NCBI GenBank assembly: GCA_964389705.1
Contig: CAYMEO010000002.1
Span: 4,318 to 68,317, forward strand
Direction: 5' to 3'
Origin: an uncultured Spirochaetia bacterium
GTDB taxonomy: Bacteria; Desulfobacterota_D; UBA1144; Nemesobacterales; CSP1-2
DNA length: 64,000 nucleotides
Made by a program: the position numbers and the translations under genes. Below are positions 40,202 to 49,745 of the stretch, piece by piece (positions within the stretch are counted from its first letter, which is position 1; every line of letters begins with the position of its first letter). The notes beneath the pieces are model-generated. The model had not been told where the DNA came from. It did not search any database and saw nothing but the letters and a program-made list of their open reading frames with translations.

Positions 40202-41464
40202 TTAAATTCTGAACTTAATTGCCAGCTTTTTTATGTCCTCCAGATTCATCTCCTCCTCAGTGCTCTTTCTCATATCTCTTATCCTCGCCTTGCCGCGGCT
40301 CAGTTCCTGATCTCCAATGATTATTGTGTATTTAACCCCGAGTTTATCTGCGCGTTTAAGCTGGCTTTTAAGGCTCCTATCCTCATAGTCTATATCAATA
40401 AAAACACCGTTTTTCCTGAGTTCGTAGGCAAGGAGAAAGGCAACCCTTTTTGCCTCACTTCCCAGGTGTGCTATAAAGGCGTCGGTTTCTTTTTGAAACC
40501 CTTCTGGGAAAATCTTCTCATGAAGTAATATGATCCTCTCTATTCCTATTGCGAATCCTACAGCAGGTGTTGGAGGGCCACCTAATTCCTCAACAAGCCC
40601 GTCGTATCTTCCCCCCGCTCCTACGGCGTTTTGCGCTCCAAGCTCATTGGTTGTTATCTCAAAAACTGTTCTCGTATAGTAATCGAGACCCCTTACGATT
40701 CGAGGGTTAAGTACATAAGGAGTACCAATCTTTTCAAGGGCGCTTTTAACTGACTCGAAATGCCCTTTACAGGCATTGCAAAGGTTGTCGAGCATTGAAG
40801 GTGCCTCCTGAGTAATCTCTTTACATTTCTCCCTCTTACAGTCGAGGATTCTCAATGGATTTACATCGAGTCTCCTCTGGCAATCCTCACAGAGTTCGTA
40901 TCTTCTAGGGGTGAAGAATTCAATAAGTTGCCTTTTGTAAATCGGACGGCAGTTTTCATCACCCAGGGAGCTTATCTCGAGTTTCAAGAGCGGGCTGATT
41001 CCAATTGCCTCAAGAAATCGCCAGAGCATCGCTATTATCTCGGCATCGGCAAGGGGGTCTTTCTCGCCAAAAAGCTCGGCTCCTATTTGGTAAAACCCCC
41101 TGTACCGTCCTTTCTGAGGGCGCTCGTGTCTAAACATCATTCCCATGTAGTAGAGCTTTGATATAGGTGATTTGGCATACATCGAGTGTTCTATGAATGC
41201 TCTTACGACCCCTGCAGTGCCTTCTGGTCGGAGCGTGATCGAAGAACCGTCCCTATCTGTGAATGTGTACATCTCCTTTTCAACAATATCCGTTGTTGTA
41301 CCAAGACTTCTTGCAAAGACCTCTGTAAACTCAACTACAGGAGTCCTTATTTCTGAAAAGCCGTAGAGTTCAAGTATTGTTCTTGCTCTTTCCTCGACGT
41401 GATGCCACCTCTTAATCTGATCGGGAAGTATATCGTTAAACCCTCTTATTAGTCTTGCTTCCAT
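40202..41464 (-). CDS. hisS: Histidine--tRNA ligase
   Basis: Class II aaRS motifs. 'IRGFNDILPDQIKRWHHVEERARTILELYGFSEIRTPVVE' is the canonical HisS N-terminus. 420 aa. Confidence 0.95.
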   Translation of the reverse strand: MEARLIRGFNDILPDQIKRWHHVEERARTILELYGFSEIRTPVVEFTEVFARSLGTTTDIVEKEMYTFTDRDGSSITLRPEGTAGVVRAFIEHSMYAKSPISKLYYMGMMFRHERPQKGRYRGFYQIGAELFGEKDPLADAEIIAMLWRFLEAIGISPLLKLEISSLGDENCRPIYKRQLIEFFTPRRYELCEDCQRRLDVNPLRILDCKREKCKEITQEAPSMLDNLCNACKGHFESVKSALEKIGTPYVLNPRIVRGLDYYTRTVFEITTNELGAQNAVGAGGRYDGLVEELGGPPTPAVGFAIGIERIILLHEKIFPEGFQKETDAFIAHLGSEAKRVAFLLAYELRKNGVFIDIDYEDRSLKSQLKRADKLGVKYTIIIGDQELSRGKARIRDMRKSTEEEMNLEDIKKLAIKFRI

Positions 41465-41538
41465 GATTGTCTGGATTCTATCACAGAGGGTGGGTTAGCT
41501 CAAATTACTCGGTGTATTGCAATTAATACTATTTGAAT

Positions 41539-41564
41539 TAGGGGTGCGCTGCAGCGCACCCCTA
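41539..41564 (-). terminator. 26-nt perfect palindrome downstream of the CPA2 antiporter gene
   Basis: TAGGGGTGCGCTGC|AGCGCACCCCTA. It shares TAGGGG...CCCCTA ends with the palindrome at 48699-48726. Confidence 0.5.
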
Positions 41565-41597
41565 CGAATTACTCTACAAATGGAAATCTACGGGCTT

Positions 41598-43289
41598 TCA
41601 CTCAAGAATCTCCGTTCTATTTTCCAGTGCTGCAATCTCTCTTATCTTTAATTCATCAATTCTCCCGTTAAGAGCCATGTCAATAATCTCTAAGAGACGG
41701 TTTGCCGATAAAATCCTTGGGATTAAAACATAGTCTGCTCCGGCCTTATACATCTCGATGGCCTTCTTTATAGTCTCTGCTGTTACAATAACCCTTGCTG
41801 TAGGATTCAGTCTCTTTATTTGCTTTAATAGCCGAAGGTTATCTGTACCTCTTAGAAAGTCATCGGAAATAGATGAAACTATTACCTTTGCGCGTTGGAT
41901 TTCCATCTCTTCAATCGTGTCCTGGTGGCTTATATCTCCATAGAGAAAGGGTATGTTTAGAACCCTAAGCCTTATATCTACCTCCGGGCTGAAATCTACT
42001 ACTAGAAAATCATTATACCTATTCTTAAGCGATTCTATTAGTGAGCTCCCTATTCTGTGGCATCCAAGGAGAATAAGATTTTTCCCCTTATGATCAGTGG
42101 CTGTGGCTTCGGCTGAGTCTCCCTCTTTTAGCCCAATTTTCTCCAAAAAGTCAAGAAGAAAGCCCGTGATCTTGTGGTTATTGAGTGTCATGTATGTTGA
42201 GATCGTTGATGTAATTATAAGGATAATTGCCGTAAGCGATACTATGTCCTTTGATATATGTCCAAGGCTGTAGCCTACAGATACTATAACGAGCGAAAAT
42301 TCACTGATCTGAGAGATTGATATTGAGGATAGGATTCCAAACCGATAGCCGTAGTTGAGTGCTTTTAAGGCCGGTATAACTGTGATGAACCTGCTTAGGA
42401 TTACGAAGATAGATATTATGACAGCCGATATTATAACGGATGATGAGCTTACAACTATCTGCATTCCGAGGGAGACGAAAAAGAGGGTTACGAAAAAATC
42501 TCTTAATGCCCTTATCTTTGCTATGACGTCAAGATTATAAGGGAAATTCGACATACTCACTCCGGCAATCATGGCTCCCATTGCTATGGAGAAATTCGCT
42601 TTCATCGCAAGCCACGACACTACAAAGCACCATGAGATTGTAGAAATTAGGAGTATCTCGGGAAGCTTTGCAACGAACCTAAATAATGGAGGAAGGACGT
42701 ATTTTGTAGTAAGACCTGCACCTAAGACAAGTGCAATCCCTTTGGCAAAGGAAAAGGCGATTGGCAGAACGGAGGGATTGGTAATATTTGACTGTACGGC
42801 GAGAACAAATATGCTTATTACGTCCTGAAGGAGAAGAATTCCAAGGGTTATTCTTCCTGCGATGGTATCGAGTTCGCTTTTATCAGAGAGGATTTTAACC
42901 GCAATCATTGTGCTGCTAAAGGCAAAGGCGGCGGCGATATATCCTGCTGTTAAGCCCTTATATCCCAACCATAGGGCAACTCCAAAGCCAAGCATCCCGC
43001 ATATTAAAACCTGTGTGACTCCGGCCGTTATTACAACCTTTCCGGCTTCCATGAGTTTTCTTAAATCAATCTCAAGCCCTATGATGAACATCAAAAATGC
43101 AAGTCCAAGGTCTGAGAGAACCCGCACCGAGTGTTCATCCTTTATCCATCCGAGTCCGACAGGACCAATAAGGATGCCGGCAATAATGTAGGCTAGAATA
43201 AGGGGCTGCTTCAAAATCTTTGCTATGTATGCAAAGAAGCTGGCGGTAACAATGGATAGGCCTATATCAAATAGTAGGGTAGACTCCAT
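41598..43289 (-). CDS. Kef-type cation:proton antiporter (CPA2) with C-terminal RCK/TrkA-N domain
   Basis: N-terminal Na+/H+ exchanger domain (~13 TM). C-terminal Rossmann 'LILLGCHRIGSSLIESL' RCK domain. 563 aa. Confidence 0.85.
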   Translation of the reverse strand: MESTLLFDIGLSIVTASFFAYIAKILKQPLILAYIIAGILIGPVGLGWIKDEHSVRVLSDLGLAFLMFIIGLEIDLRKLMEAGKVVITAGVTQVLICGMLGFGVALWLGYKGLTAGYIAAAFAFSSTMIAVKILSDKSELDTIAGRITLGILLLQDVISIFVLAVQSNITNPSVLPIAFSFAKGIALVLGAGLTTKYVLPPLFRFVAKLPEILLISTISWCFVVSWLAMKANFSIAMGAMIAGVSMSNFPYNLDVIAKIRALRDFFVTLFFVSLGMQIVVSSSSVIISAVIISIFVILSRFITVIPALKALNYGYRFGILSSISISQISEFSLVIVSVGYSLGHISKDIVSLTAIILIITSTISTYMTLNNHKITGFLLDFLEKIGLKEGDSAEATATDHKGKNLILLGCHRIGSSLIESLKNRYNDFLVVDFSPEVDIRLRVLNIPFLYGDISHQDTIEEMEIQRAKVIVSSISDDFLRGTDNLRLLKQIKRLNPTARVIVTAETIKKAIEMYKAGADYVLIPRILSANRLLEIIDMALNGRIDELKIREIAALENRTEILE

Positions 43290-43420
43290 CTGTCTTTGAT
43301 CCAGATTTTATATTAACCCCTAGTTTTTGTCCAGGTTTATTATCTCATTAGGATAAAGAATAGATAGAAATACTTGAGGCGCGGGATCGAGCCAAGGAAC
43401 AAAATAATCCAGTGCGACAA

Positions 43421-43996
43421 TTAATTTGACTCAATCCAATTGCCACCCTCGTAATGGAAGGTTTGTGTATAACCGTCTGATTCCGAAGAAAGCCCTTCTG
43501 ATTTTACTATGTTCAATAGTTTATCCATGACCTTTTCCGATGCCTCAAGTAGGGTCTTTTCGTCTCTTGAGGAGACCTTAAACTCAATTGATCTGAAATC
43601 CCCTACGAAATGAAAAATCAGGGAGGGGGTTTCTGCGGAATTTGGGTTAGCAAGGGCATTTAAAAAGGCGCCGCTTATAGAATCACAGAGATCCTGGCTC
43701 AGTGCCCTCAATAGGATTTCAGGAAGCAATCCCATTAGGAACTTTATGTAAATCCTTATCTGGGGTGTAGTGTGTTTGAATATTGTCTCTAACTCTGGAT
43801 TTTCAGACAACATAAAGTTCCGCATAAGCGCCCTTTTCATTATTTCGAGTTGTGCTTCTTGGTAATGAATCTTATCTTCAACTAAAAACGTCTCAATCAT
43901 GTGTTTAAGCTCCCTTGTTACCAGGTATTTATCACCATGCGTGCCGCAAACAAGACAAACACATGGCATATATATTATATATCTTCTCACCCACAT
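43421..43996 (-). CDS. Hypothetical protein
   Basis: 191 aa. N-terminal 'CVCLVCGTHG' CxxC-like cluster. No family recognised; start uncertain (alternative ATG 9 codons in). Confidence 0.35.
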   Translation of the reverse strand: MWVRRYIIYMPCVCLVCGTHGDKYLVTRELKHMIETFLVEDKIHYQEAQLEIMKRALMRNFMLSENPELETIFKHTTPQIRIYIKFLMGLLPEILLRALSQDLCDSISGAFLNALANPNSAETPSLIFHFVGDFRSIEFKVSSRDEKTLLEASEKVMDKLLNIVKSEGLSSESDGYTQTFHYEGGNWIESN

Positions 43997-44031
43997 AGTG
44001 TAGATGAGGTAAACCAGTGCGGATTACTTCT

Positions 44032-44409
44032 CTATCTATTCAGGTAGAACAGGAGTCCTATACCAATAGTGGAAAGTTTTATAGAAGATAAGGTATCTTG
44101 CTGGTTGAGAGAAAAATAGATAGCGGGAACAATCCCTTCGAGGCTGCCTTTCTGAAAAAGTGTACTATCTAATACCACTATATCGTCCGCGTGATTCCAG
44201 AGAAGGTTATTAAGGTATGATCCATGAAACCCATCTAAGACCTTGCGGAGTATACTAAACTCTTCGCTCAAAGTATTGAAGGCTTGTGCTTCTGTATCTA
44301 ATTGTCCCCTGGAATTTACCTTTTCTTCTGCAAGGGTTAGAGAGGAGGCGAGGAGAAGGGTGCCTATGACCGGGGTTACAAAAAATAAAAATCTTTTTCT
44401 ACTCATCAT
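44032..44409 (-). CDS. Hypothetical secreted protein
   Basis: Signal peptide (MMSRKRFLFFVTPVIGTLLLASSLTLA). 125 aa. Confidence 0.35.
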   Translation of the reverse strand: MMSRKRFLFFVTPVIGTLLLASSLTLAEEKVNSRGQLDTEAQAFNTLSEEFSILRKVLDGFHGSYLNNLLWNHADDIVVLDSTLFQKGSLEGIVPAIYFSLNQQDTLSSIKLSTIGIGLLFYLNR

Positions 44410-44542
44410 TTCTCACCCCTTAGACAGAGTATAGAACCAACCCTGTAATCTACTTGTTTTTATTCAGTATGTGATTAATCATACTTTAGATTTAAATCAG
44501 ACACAAGGTCTGAGTTTAGATCGGGCATTTGTTTCCCCTAAC

Positions 44543-44833
44543 CTAGCCTTCTTTTAACTTATGTTCAAACTCCTCTATTGGGATTGCCACAAGTGTCATA
44601 AGCTGAACGGTGCCACGAGAGCCTAGATCAATTGAGACCTTTGAGATAGTCTCATTGTCCGGAGCTTCAACGATATTGACAAAGTCATATGGCCCAAGCA
44701 CTGCATATTGGGCGACTACCCTTACACCCATCTTCTCTAGTTCTTTATTTACCTCTTTGATCCTCTCTGGCCTCATTCTTACCGTTTTTCTTCCCTCATC
44801 CGTGAGGGTACTTAGCATTATATACGTAGCCAT
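44543..44833 (-). CDS. GYD-domain protein
   Basis: Start re-set to the ATG at 44833 behind GAGGAGG. 'MATYIMLSTLTDEGRKT...GPYDFVNIVEAPD' is typical of the GYD family. Confidence 0.55.
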   Translation of the reverse strand: MATYIMLSTLTDEGRKTVRMRPERIKEVNKELEKMGVRVVAQYAVLGPYDFVNIVEAPDNETISKVSIDLGSRGTVQLMTLVAIPIEEFEHKLKEG

Positions 44834-45015
44834 CTGCTTCCTCCTCATTATTAGGGTTTTAAGGCAATAGGGCAATTAAGATAATATTACTATATAAAAA
44901 CTTTTGCAAGGGATTTTTTTCCTTTCTATCTATCATTCTTTATTTGACTTTTTAACGCAAGAGGGTATATTTTGAGCTTTTGCGAAAAATTCTTGTAAAA
45001 CATAAGGAGGGGAGA

Positions 45016-45399
45016 TTGAAGGCTCTAGGGAGGCATCTGTTGGCGGAATACCATGGGTGCGACCCTGAAATTCTAAACAGTTTGGAGAAAATCAAAAGGC
45101 ATATGCTCGAGGCGGCCTCTCGATGTGGAGCTACTGTGCTAGAAAGCTCATTTCATTACTTTTCGCCCCAAGGGGTAAGTGGTGTAGTAGTGATTGCCGA
45201 ATCTCATCTGGCAGTTCACACATGGCCTGAATACGGATACGCAGCCGTAGACATATTTACCTGCGGTACAAGGGTTGATCCTTGGGTGGCATTTCACCAT
45301 CTTAAACTGAGTCTTGGCTCCAAAGAGTGCAGTGTTCGTGAAATTATCCGGGGTGAAGTTCCTCATCTGGAAGGCCGATTGAGTCTCAGATCCATCTAG
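45016..45399 (+). CDS. speH: S-adenosylmethionine decarboxylase proenzyme (class 1B, pyruvoyl-dependent)
   Basis: TTG start 5 nt after AAGGAGG. '[15 protein letters not shown]' N-terminus. Self-processing site '[12 protein letters not shown]'. Confidence 0.85.
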   Translation: MKALGRHLLAEYHGCDPEILNSLEKIKRHMLEAASRCGATVLESSFHYFSPQGVSGVVVIAESHLAVHTWPEYGYAAVDIFTCGTRVDPWVAFHHLKLSLGSKECSVREIIRGEVPHLEGRLSLRSI

Positions 45400-45867
45400 C
45401 TATGGATGACTGGTTGTGTTCGAAAACTATAATTGATATTGTCTCTGAAGGGGTTAACGGCGGTTTATCAATTGGCCGCGCGAGAGTCTCCAACACGGGT
45501 CAAACTCTTTTTAACGCACCCCTCGTAAGTGCGGACGGGAGATTTTTACCAATTATCCTGTTTGAAATCTAGTATGGTCTAATTAGGGATTTCTAAATAC
45601 TTAGTCATTTGATGTTATGGTCCATATAATAGGTGCGGGTTTTTGAGACTGTCCTATCCTTATTAGATAAATCGATTTTCACGGTAAATATAATAGCGAA
45701 TGGCGTTGTTGCATAAATGCCCAAATCTGCAATAACTTCAATAAGTTACATATTTTGTTCGAAATTGAAAAATACAATAATGTCAGCCGTTTACAGTGAA
45801 TTATGCAACAAAGCCATAGCGAATTACTGGCTCTTGATTCTACCTTGTATGCCCTGTCTTACGAGAA

Positions 45868-46197
45868 TTAAAGAGCCTTTTTGACCATTCTTTCTATTTC
45901 ACTCTTAGGAACGGCTCCTATGATCTGATCGATGGCTTTTCCACCTTTAAATATAATAAGTGTAGGAATACTCCTTATCCCATAAGCCATTGTGGTCTCT
46001 TGATTATCATCAACGTTGAGCTTTCCTACCTTTAGACGTCCTGAATATGAGTTTGCAATCTCCTCAACTACAGGGGCTAAGATCCTGCACGGACCGCACC
46101 AAGGTGCCCAAAAGTCAACTAAGACTGGTTCCTCACTCTTTAGAACCTCCTTTTCAAATGTTGAATCACTTAACTCTACCATTCCTGCACTTGCCAT
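45868..46197 (-). CDS. trxA: Thioredoxin
   Basis: AAGGAG RBS. 'WAPWCGPCR' active site. 109 aa. Confidence 0.9.
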   Translation of the reverse strand: MASAGMVELSDSTFEKEVLKSEEPVLVDFWAPWCGPCRILAPVVEEIANSYSGRLKVGKLNVDDNQETTMAYGIRSIPTLIIFKGGKAIDQIIGAVPKSEIERMVKKAL

Positions 46198-46563
46198 TCC
46201 GGAATTCTCCTTGAATTAATATTTGTTATTATAAAAAATTATAGCTAATCGAGTCTGTACTTCAAGTGGTAGGGGATTTTATCGGGTTTTAGGTAAATGG
46301 TAGTACTAACACCCAATACCCGAGTGGTGGTACTTGTAATTTCCGAGTTTTCCAGTTATCTTGCATTCCCTGAAAAATCAAATTTTGACTATCTAAGAGG
46401 GTTAGGCTTAAATTTGTTTCCATTTAAATTGATGGAGGATGAAGGTCCTTGGGCTACGTCTATCTCTTTTTGTTATCAAAAAGGGGCGGAGCCTTTCTTC
46501 TAGCTCTAAACAAAACTAAGCCTAGACTCTAAAAATCATATTTAAGGAGAAGGAGAATAAGAC

Positions 46564-48684
46564 ATGCAACTTGCCCATGTGCTTCTGGTAATTGTTTTAG
46601 GTATAAGTGTGATTTCACTCGGTTTTGCCGGGTATCTAGCTAAGTTTGTGCTTAGCAATGATACCGGAACATCTGCGATGCAGGAGATAAGCAATGCTAT
46701 TAAAGAGGGTGCTGAAGCCTTTCTAAAAAGGCAGTATTCAACCATAATAATGCTGAGCATTGTTCTTGCTGCTCTCATCTTCGTGCTTTATTGGTTTGCA
46801 AAGGGTGATCACGATATGGCGTGGCGTACCACTGTGGCCTTTCTTTTTGGTGCCGGATGCTCGGCTCTTGCGGGCTATATAGGGATGTGGATTTCAATTA
46901 GGTCAAACATACGCACGGCGAGCGCCGTCAGATCAAGCTTGGATAGGGCACTTAAGATATCCCTCCGTGGCGGGGCGGTTTCAGGGGTTACAATAGTTGC
47001 CATGAGCCTTCTCGGAGTCGGAATCCTTTTTACCCTCTATGGGGGTGCAACAGATAATACAGAGCTTATAAAAAGGGTTCCGTTTCTAATAGTTGGGTAT
47101 GGATTTGGAGCGAGTTTCGTTGCTCTTTTTGCTCAGCTTGGTGGTGGAATATACACAAAAGCCGCCGATGTGGGGGCTGACCTTGTAGGGAAGGTGGAGG
47201 TGGGAATCCCAGAAGACGATCCGAGAAATCCGGCAGTTATTGCAGACCTCGTGGGCGATAATGTCGGTGATTGTGCGGGGCGTGGCGCAGACCTATTTGA
47301 ATCCACAGCGGCTGAAAATATAGGCGCTATGATCCTTGGGGTTGCCCTCTTTCCTCACTTTGGTATAAAGGGGATTCTCTTTCCCCTAGTTGCCCGTGCC
47401 TTTGGGCTTGTTGCCAGTATGGTTGGAATCGCGATGGTAGGATTAAAGGATGATAAAGAAGACCCGATGTCTGCCCTAAATCGTGGGTATTATGTTGCCT
47501 GTGTCCTGGCAGCTATAGGGTTCTATATAGCTACATTTTTCCTACTTAACCATAACTTCTGGCTTTTTATTGCCGGTGTTATAGGAATTACAACAAGCAT
47601 CGTGTTTGTCTTTATTACGCAGTACTATACAGAGTATAGATACCGCCCTGTGAAGTTTATTGCCGAGGCATCTCAAACAGGACCCGCAACAAATATCATA
47701 GCTGGACTTTCAGTCGGTCTTGAGTGTACAGCCCTTCCAGTAATTGCAATCTCAGCAGCACTTATCGGAGCATATTACTGCGGGGTTTATGGACTAAGGG
47801 AGTACACCGATATTTCTACAACCAGTGCCGGGCTTTATGGTACTGCAATCGCCACAATGGGTATGCTCGGAACAGCCGCATATATCCTTGCTATGGATAC
47901 ATTCGGGCCTATCACAGATAATGCAGGCGGGATTGTTGAGATGAGTAAACAGCCGGAAGAGATCAGGAACAAAACGGATAGACTCGATGCCGTTGGAAAC
48001 ACAACCAAGGCCCTTACAAAAGGATATGCAATCGGCTCTGCGGCCCTTGCGGCATTTTTGCTATTTTCTGCCTACTTAGATGAGATAACCCATATTACGG
48101 GTCGTGCCTTTCACTCGGTTGATATTGCCAAGGTTCAGGTTTTTGTAGGAGGTCTTCTTGGGGCAATGCTTGTTTTTCTCTTCAGTGCCCTTGCGATCAG
48201 AGCCGTTGCACGTGCGGCTTACTATATAATCAATGATGTTCGCGCTCAGTTTAAGGAGAATCCAGGTATTCTTCAGGGGACATCAAAGCCGAATTATGCA
48301 AGGTCTGTTGACATCGTTACAAAAGGGGCGCTAAAGGAGATGGTTCCTCCAGGGATTCTTGCCGTTGGTATGCCTGTATTGGTAGGGCTTGTATTCAAGC
48401 GATTTGGTCTTGGTGCTGAGACGGTGGCTGCGTTTCTTATGGTCGGAACCATCGGTGGAATCCTCGTTGCAACCCTTATGAACAACGGCGGAGGCGCATG
48501 GGATAACGCAAAGAAGTTTATAGAAACCGGGATGTATGGTGGAAAGAGGTCTGATGCCCATAAAGCCGCCGTGGTGGGTGATACGGTAGGCGATCCATTT
48601 AAAGACACGGCGGGTCCCTCAATACACGTCCTTATAAAACTCCTCTCCACAATTACACTTGTCCTTGCACCTCTATTTATTTAA
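46564..48684 (+). CDS. hppA: Membrane-bound proton-translocating pyrophosphatase (K+-independent type)
   Basis: 706 aa with 16 TM segments and canonical H+-PPase motifs. 'GNTTKA' carries the Lys variant that marks the K+-independent subfamily. AAGGAG RBS. Confidence 0.95.
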   Translation: MQLAHVLLVIVLGISVISLGFAGYLAKFVLSNDTGTSAMQEISNAIKEGAEAFLKRQYSTIIMLSIVLAALIFVLYWFAKGDHDMAWRTTVAFLFGAGCSALAGYIGMWISIRSNIRTASAVRSSLDRALKISLRGGAVSGVTIVAMSLLGVGILFTLYGGATDNTELIKRVPFLIVGYGFGASFVALFAQLGGGIYTKAADVGADLVGKVEVGIPEDDPRNPAVIADLVGDNVGDCAGRGADLFESTAAENIGAMILGVALFPHFGIKGILFPLVARAFGLVASMVGIAMVGLKDDKEDPMSALNRGYYVACVLAAIGFYIATFFLLNHNFWLFIAGVIGITTSIVFVFITQYYTEYRYRPVKFIAEASQTGPATNIIAGLSVGLECTALPVIAISAALIGAYYCGVYGLREYTDISTTSAGLYGTAIATMGMLGTAAYILAMDTFGPITDNAGGIVEMSKQPEEIRNKTDRLDAVGNTTKALTKGYAIGSAALAAFLLFSAYLDEITHITGRAFHSVDIAKVQVFVGGLLGAMLVFLFSALAIRAVARAAYYIINDVRAQFKENPGILQGTSKPNYARSVDIVTKGALKEMVPPGILAVGMPVLVGLVFKRFGLGAETVAAFLMVGTIGGILVATLMNNGGGAWDNAKKFIETGMYGGKRSDAHKAAVVGDTVGDPFKDTAGPSIHVLIKLLSTITLVLAPLFI

Positions 48685-48698
48685 CTTGTGACCAAAAT

Positions 48699-48726
48699 GT
48701 AGGGGCACATTGCAATGTGCCCCTAC
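48699..48726 (+). terminator. 28-nt perfect palindrome immediately after hppA
   Basis: GTAGGGGCACATTG|CAATGTGCCCCTAC, 15 nt past the hppA stop codon. Confidence 0.5.
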
Positions 48727-48746
48727 AACCGATAAAATTTCTATTA

Positions 48747-49061
48747 ATGACAGAGTTGAAAATCCAACGTTGGGAAAAACCGGAGCCACCGGATGAGCGC
48801 ACATTGCGTGAGTACCTTCGTCTGGAGGGTTTATCTCCATATGTCTGGTCTAATACACCAAGTGATACATATCCCGCACATACCCATCCTTACGATAAGG
48901 TAATCTACGTTGTGCGTGGCTCGATTACCTGGGTTCTGCCTCAGATAAATCAGGAAATTGAGACCCGTGCCGGTGATCGTCTGGATTTGCCACGCGGCAC
49001 CATTCATGCCGCACGCGTTGGCCCAGAAGGTGTTACCTGCCTCGAGGCGCACAAAGATTAG
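48747..49061 (+). CDS. Cupin-domain protein (in a GC-rich segment)
   Basis: ORF track GTG at 48717 overlaps the terminator palindrome; the ATG at 48747 is preferred. Cupin motifs 'HTHPYDKVIYVVRGS...GDRLDLPRGTIHAARVG'. GC appears by eye to be about 55-57% (not measured), against a roughly 45% background. Confidence 0.55.
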   Translation: MTELKIQRWEKPEPPDERTLREYLRLEGLSPYVWSNTPSDTYPAHTHPYDKVIYVVRGSITWVLPQINQEIETRAGDRLDLPRGTIHAARVGPEGVTCLEAHKD

Positions 49062-49745
49062 GTATGTATTTTAGTCTTCAAGCCTTTAGGGGCTCAATTT
49101 CTAATCTACTGACTTTAGGAAGACTTACAAAGTATATTTTCGCAAAGGAAGAGATTACAGAGATTACAAAGTGGTTGACATAAACCCAGTTAAGGGGGGT
49201 AAATTCTCATGGCTCAGCCCATTTTTCGTACTCTAGAGCTGGTTTGTGTCTGTCTCCTTGGTCTAGTAACCCTTACGGCTGCAGAGCGGTCTGTAACTGG
49301 TATATTTCGCGGGAATAGTAATGATGCCCTCCTCGCCTTCGCCACCGCACATGCCGAAGAGCCGTTCTCAGGTAAGGAGACTGTTATTGTCATACTCACT
49401 GAAAGGGATACGGGGGTGAACAGCATCCTGAAATCATGGCCTCCTTTGGCAAGTTCGGCAGCGTCCTTATTGTAACTTTCACCCGCTCTGGGCATCTCGT
49501 TGGCACTGAAGTAGCGCACACGGCACATAAAAAGACGCCGTTTAGCTCTCTTGGCAAACTCAAGGTAGAGGACTTTCATATCGAGCAGGGCGAGGTGCGG
49601 GGATAGGCTCTCGACAGGGGGCGAAGTGGAGTCCCTAGACCAGACCTGGGAGGTCAACTTGAGCTTCCGTGCAGAGCTCACGTAGATATTGGATCTAATA
49701 ATCAAAAATTAGCAGGCTCAAAGGTCTGAGTAGAAGCGATATCAA

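Noticed and set aside
46297-46503. 68-aa ORF in the hppA upstream region
   Set aside because: No RBS, and it lies in the probable promoter/leader of hppA. Composition is unremarkable.
49209-49705. Overlapping 88-aa (+) and 163-aa (-) ORFs in the GC-rich gap
   Set aside because: They are mutually exclusive and neither has an RBS or a recognisable family. Reported as a finding (possible remnant) rather than as genes.
44505-49734. Shared 11-mer AAGGTCTGAGT at ~44505 and ~49724
   Set aside because: Only two copies, short, and no flanking similarity. Probably chance.
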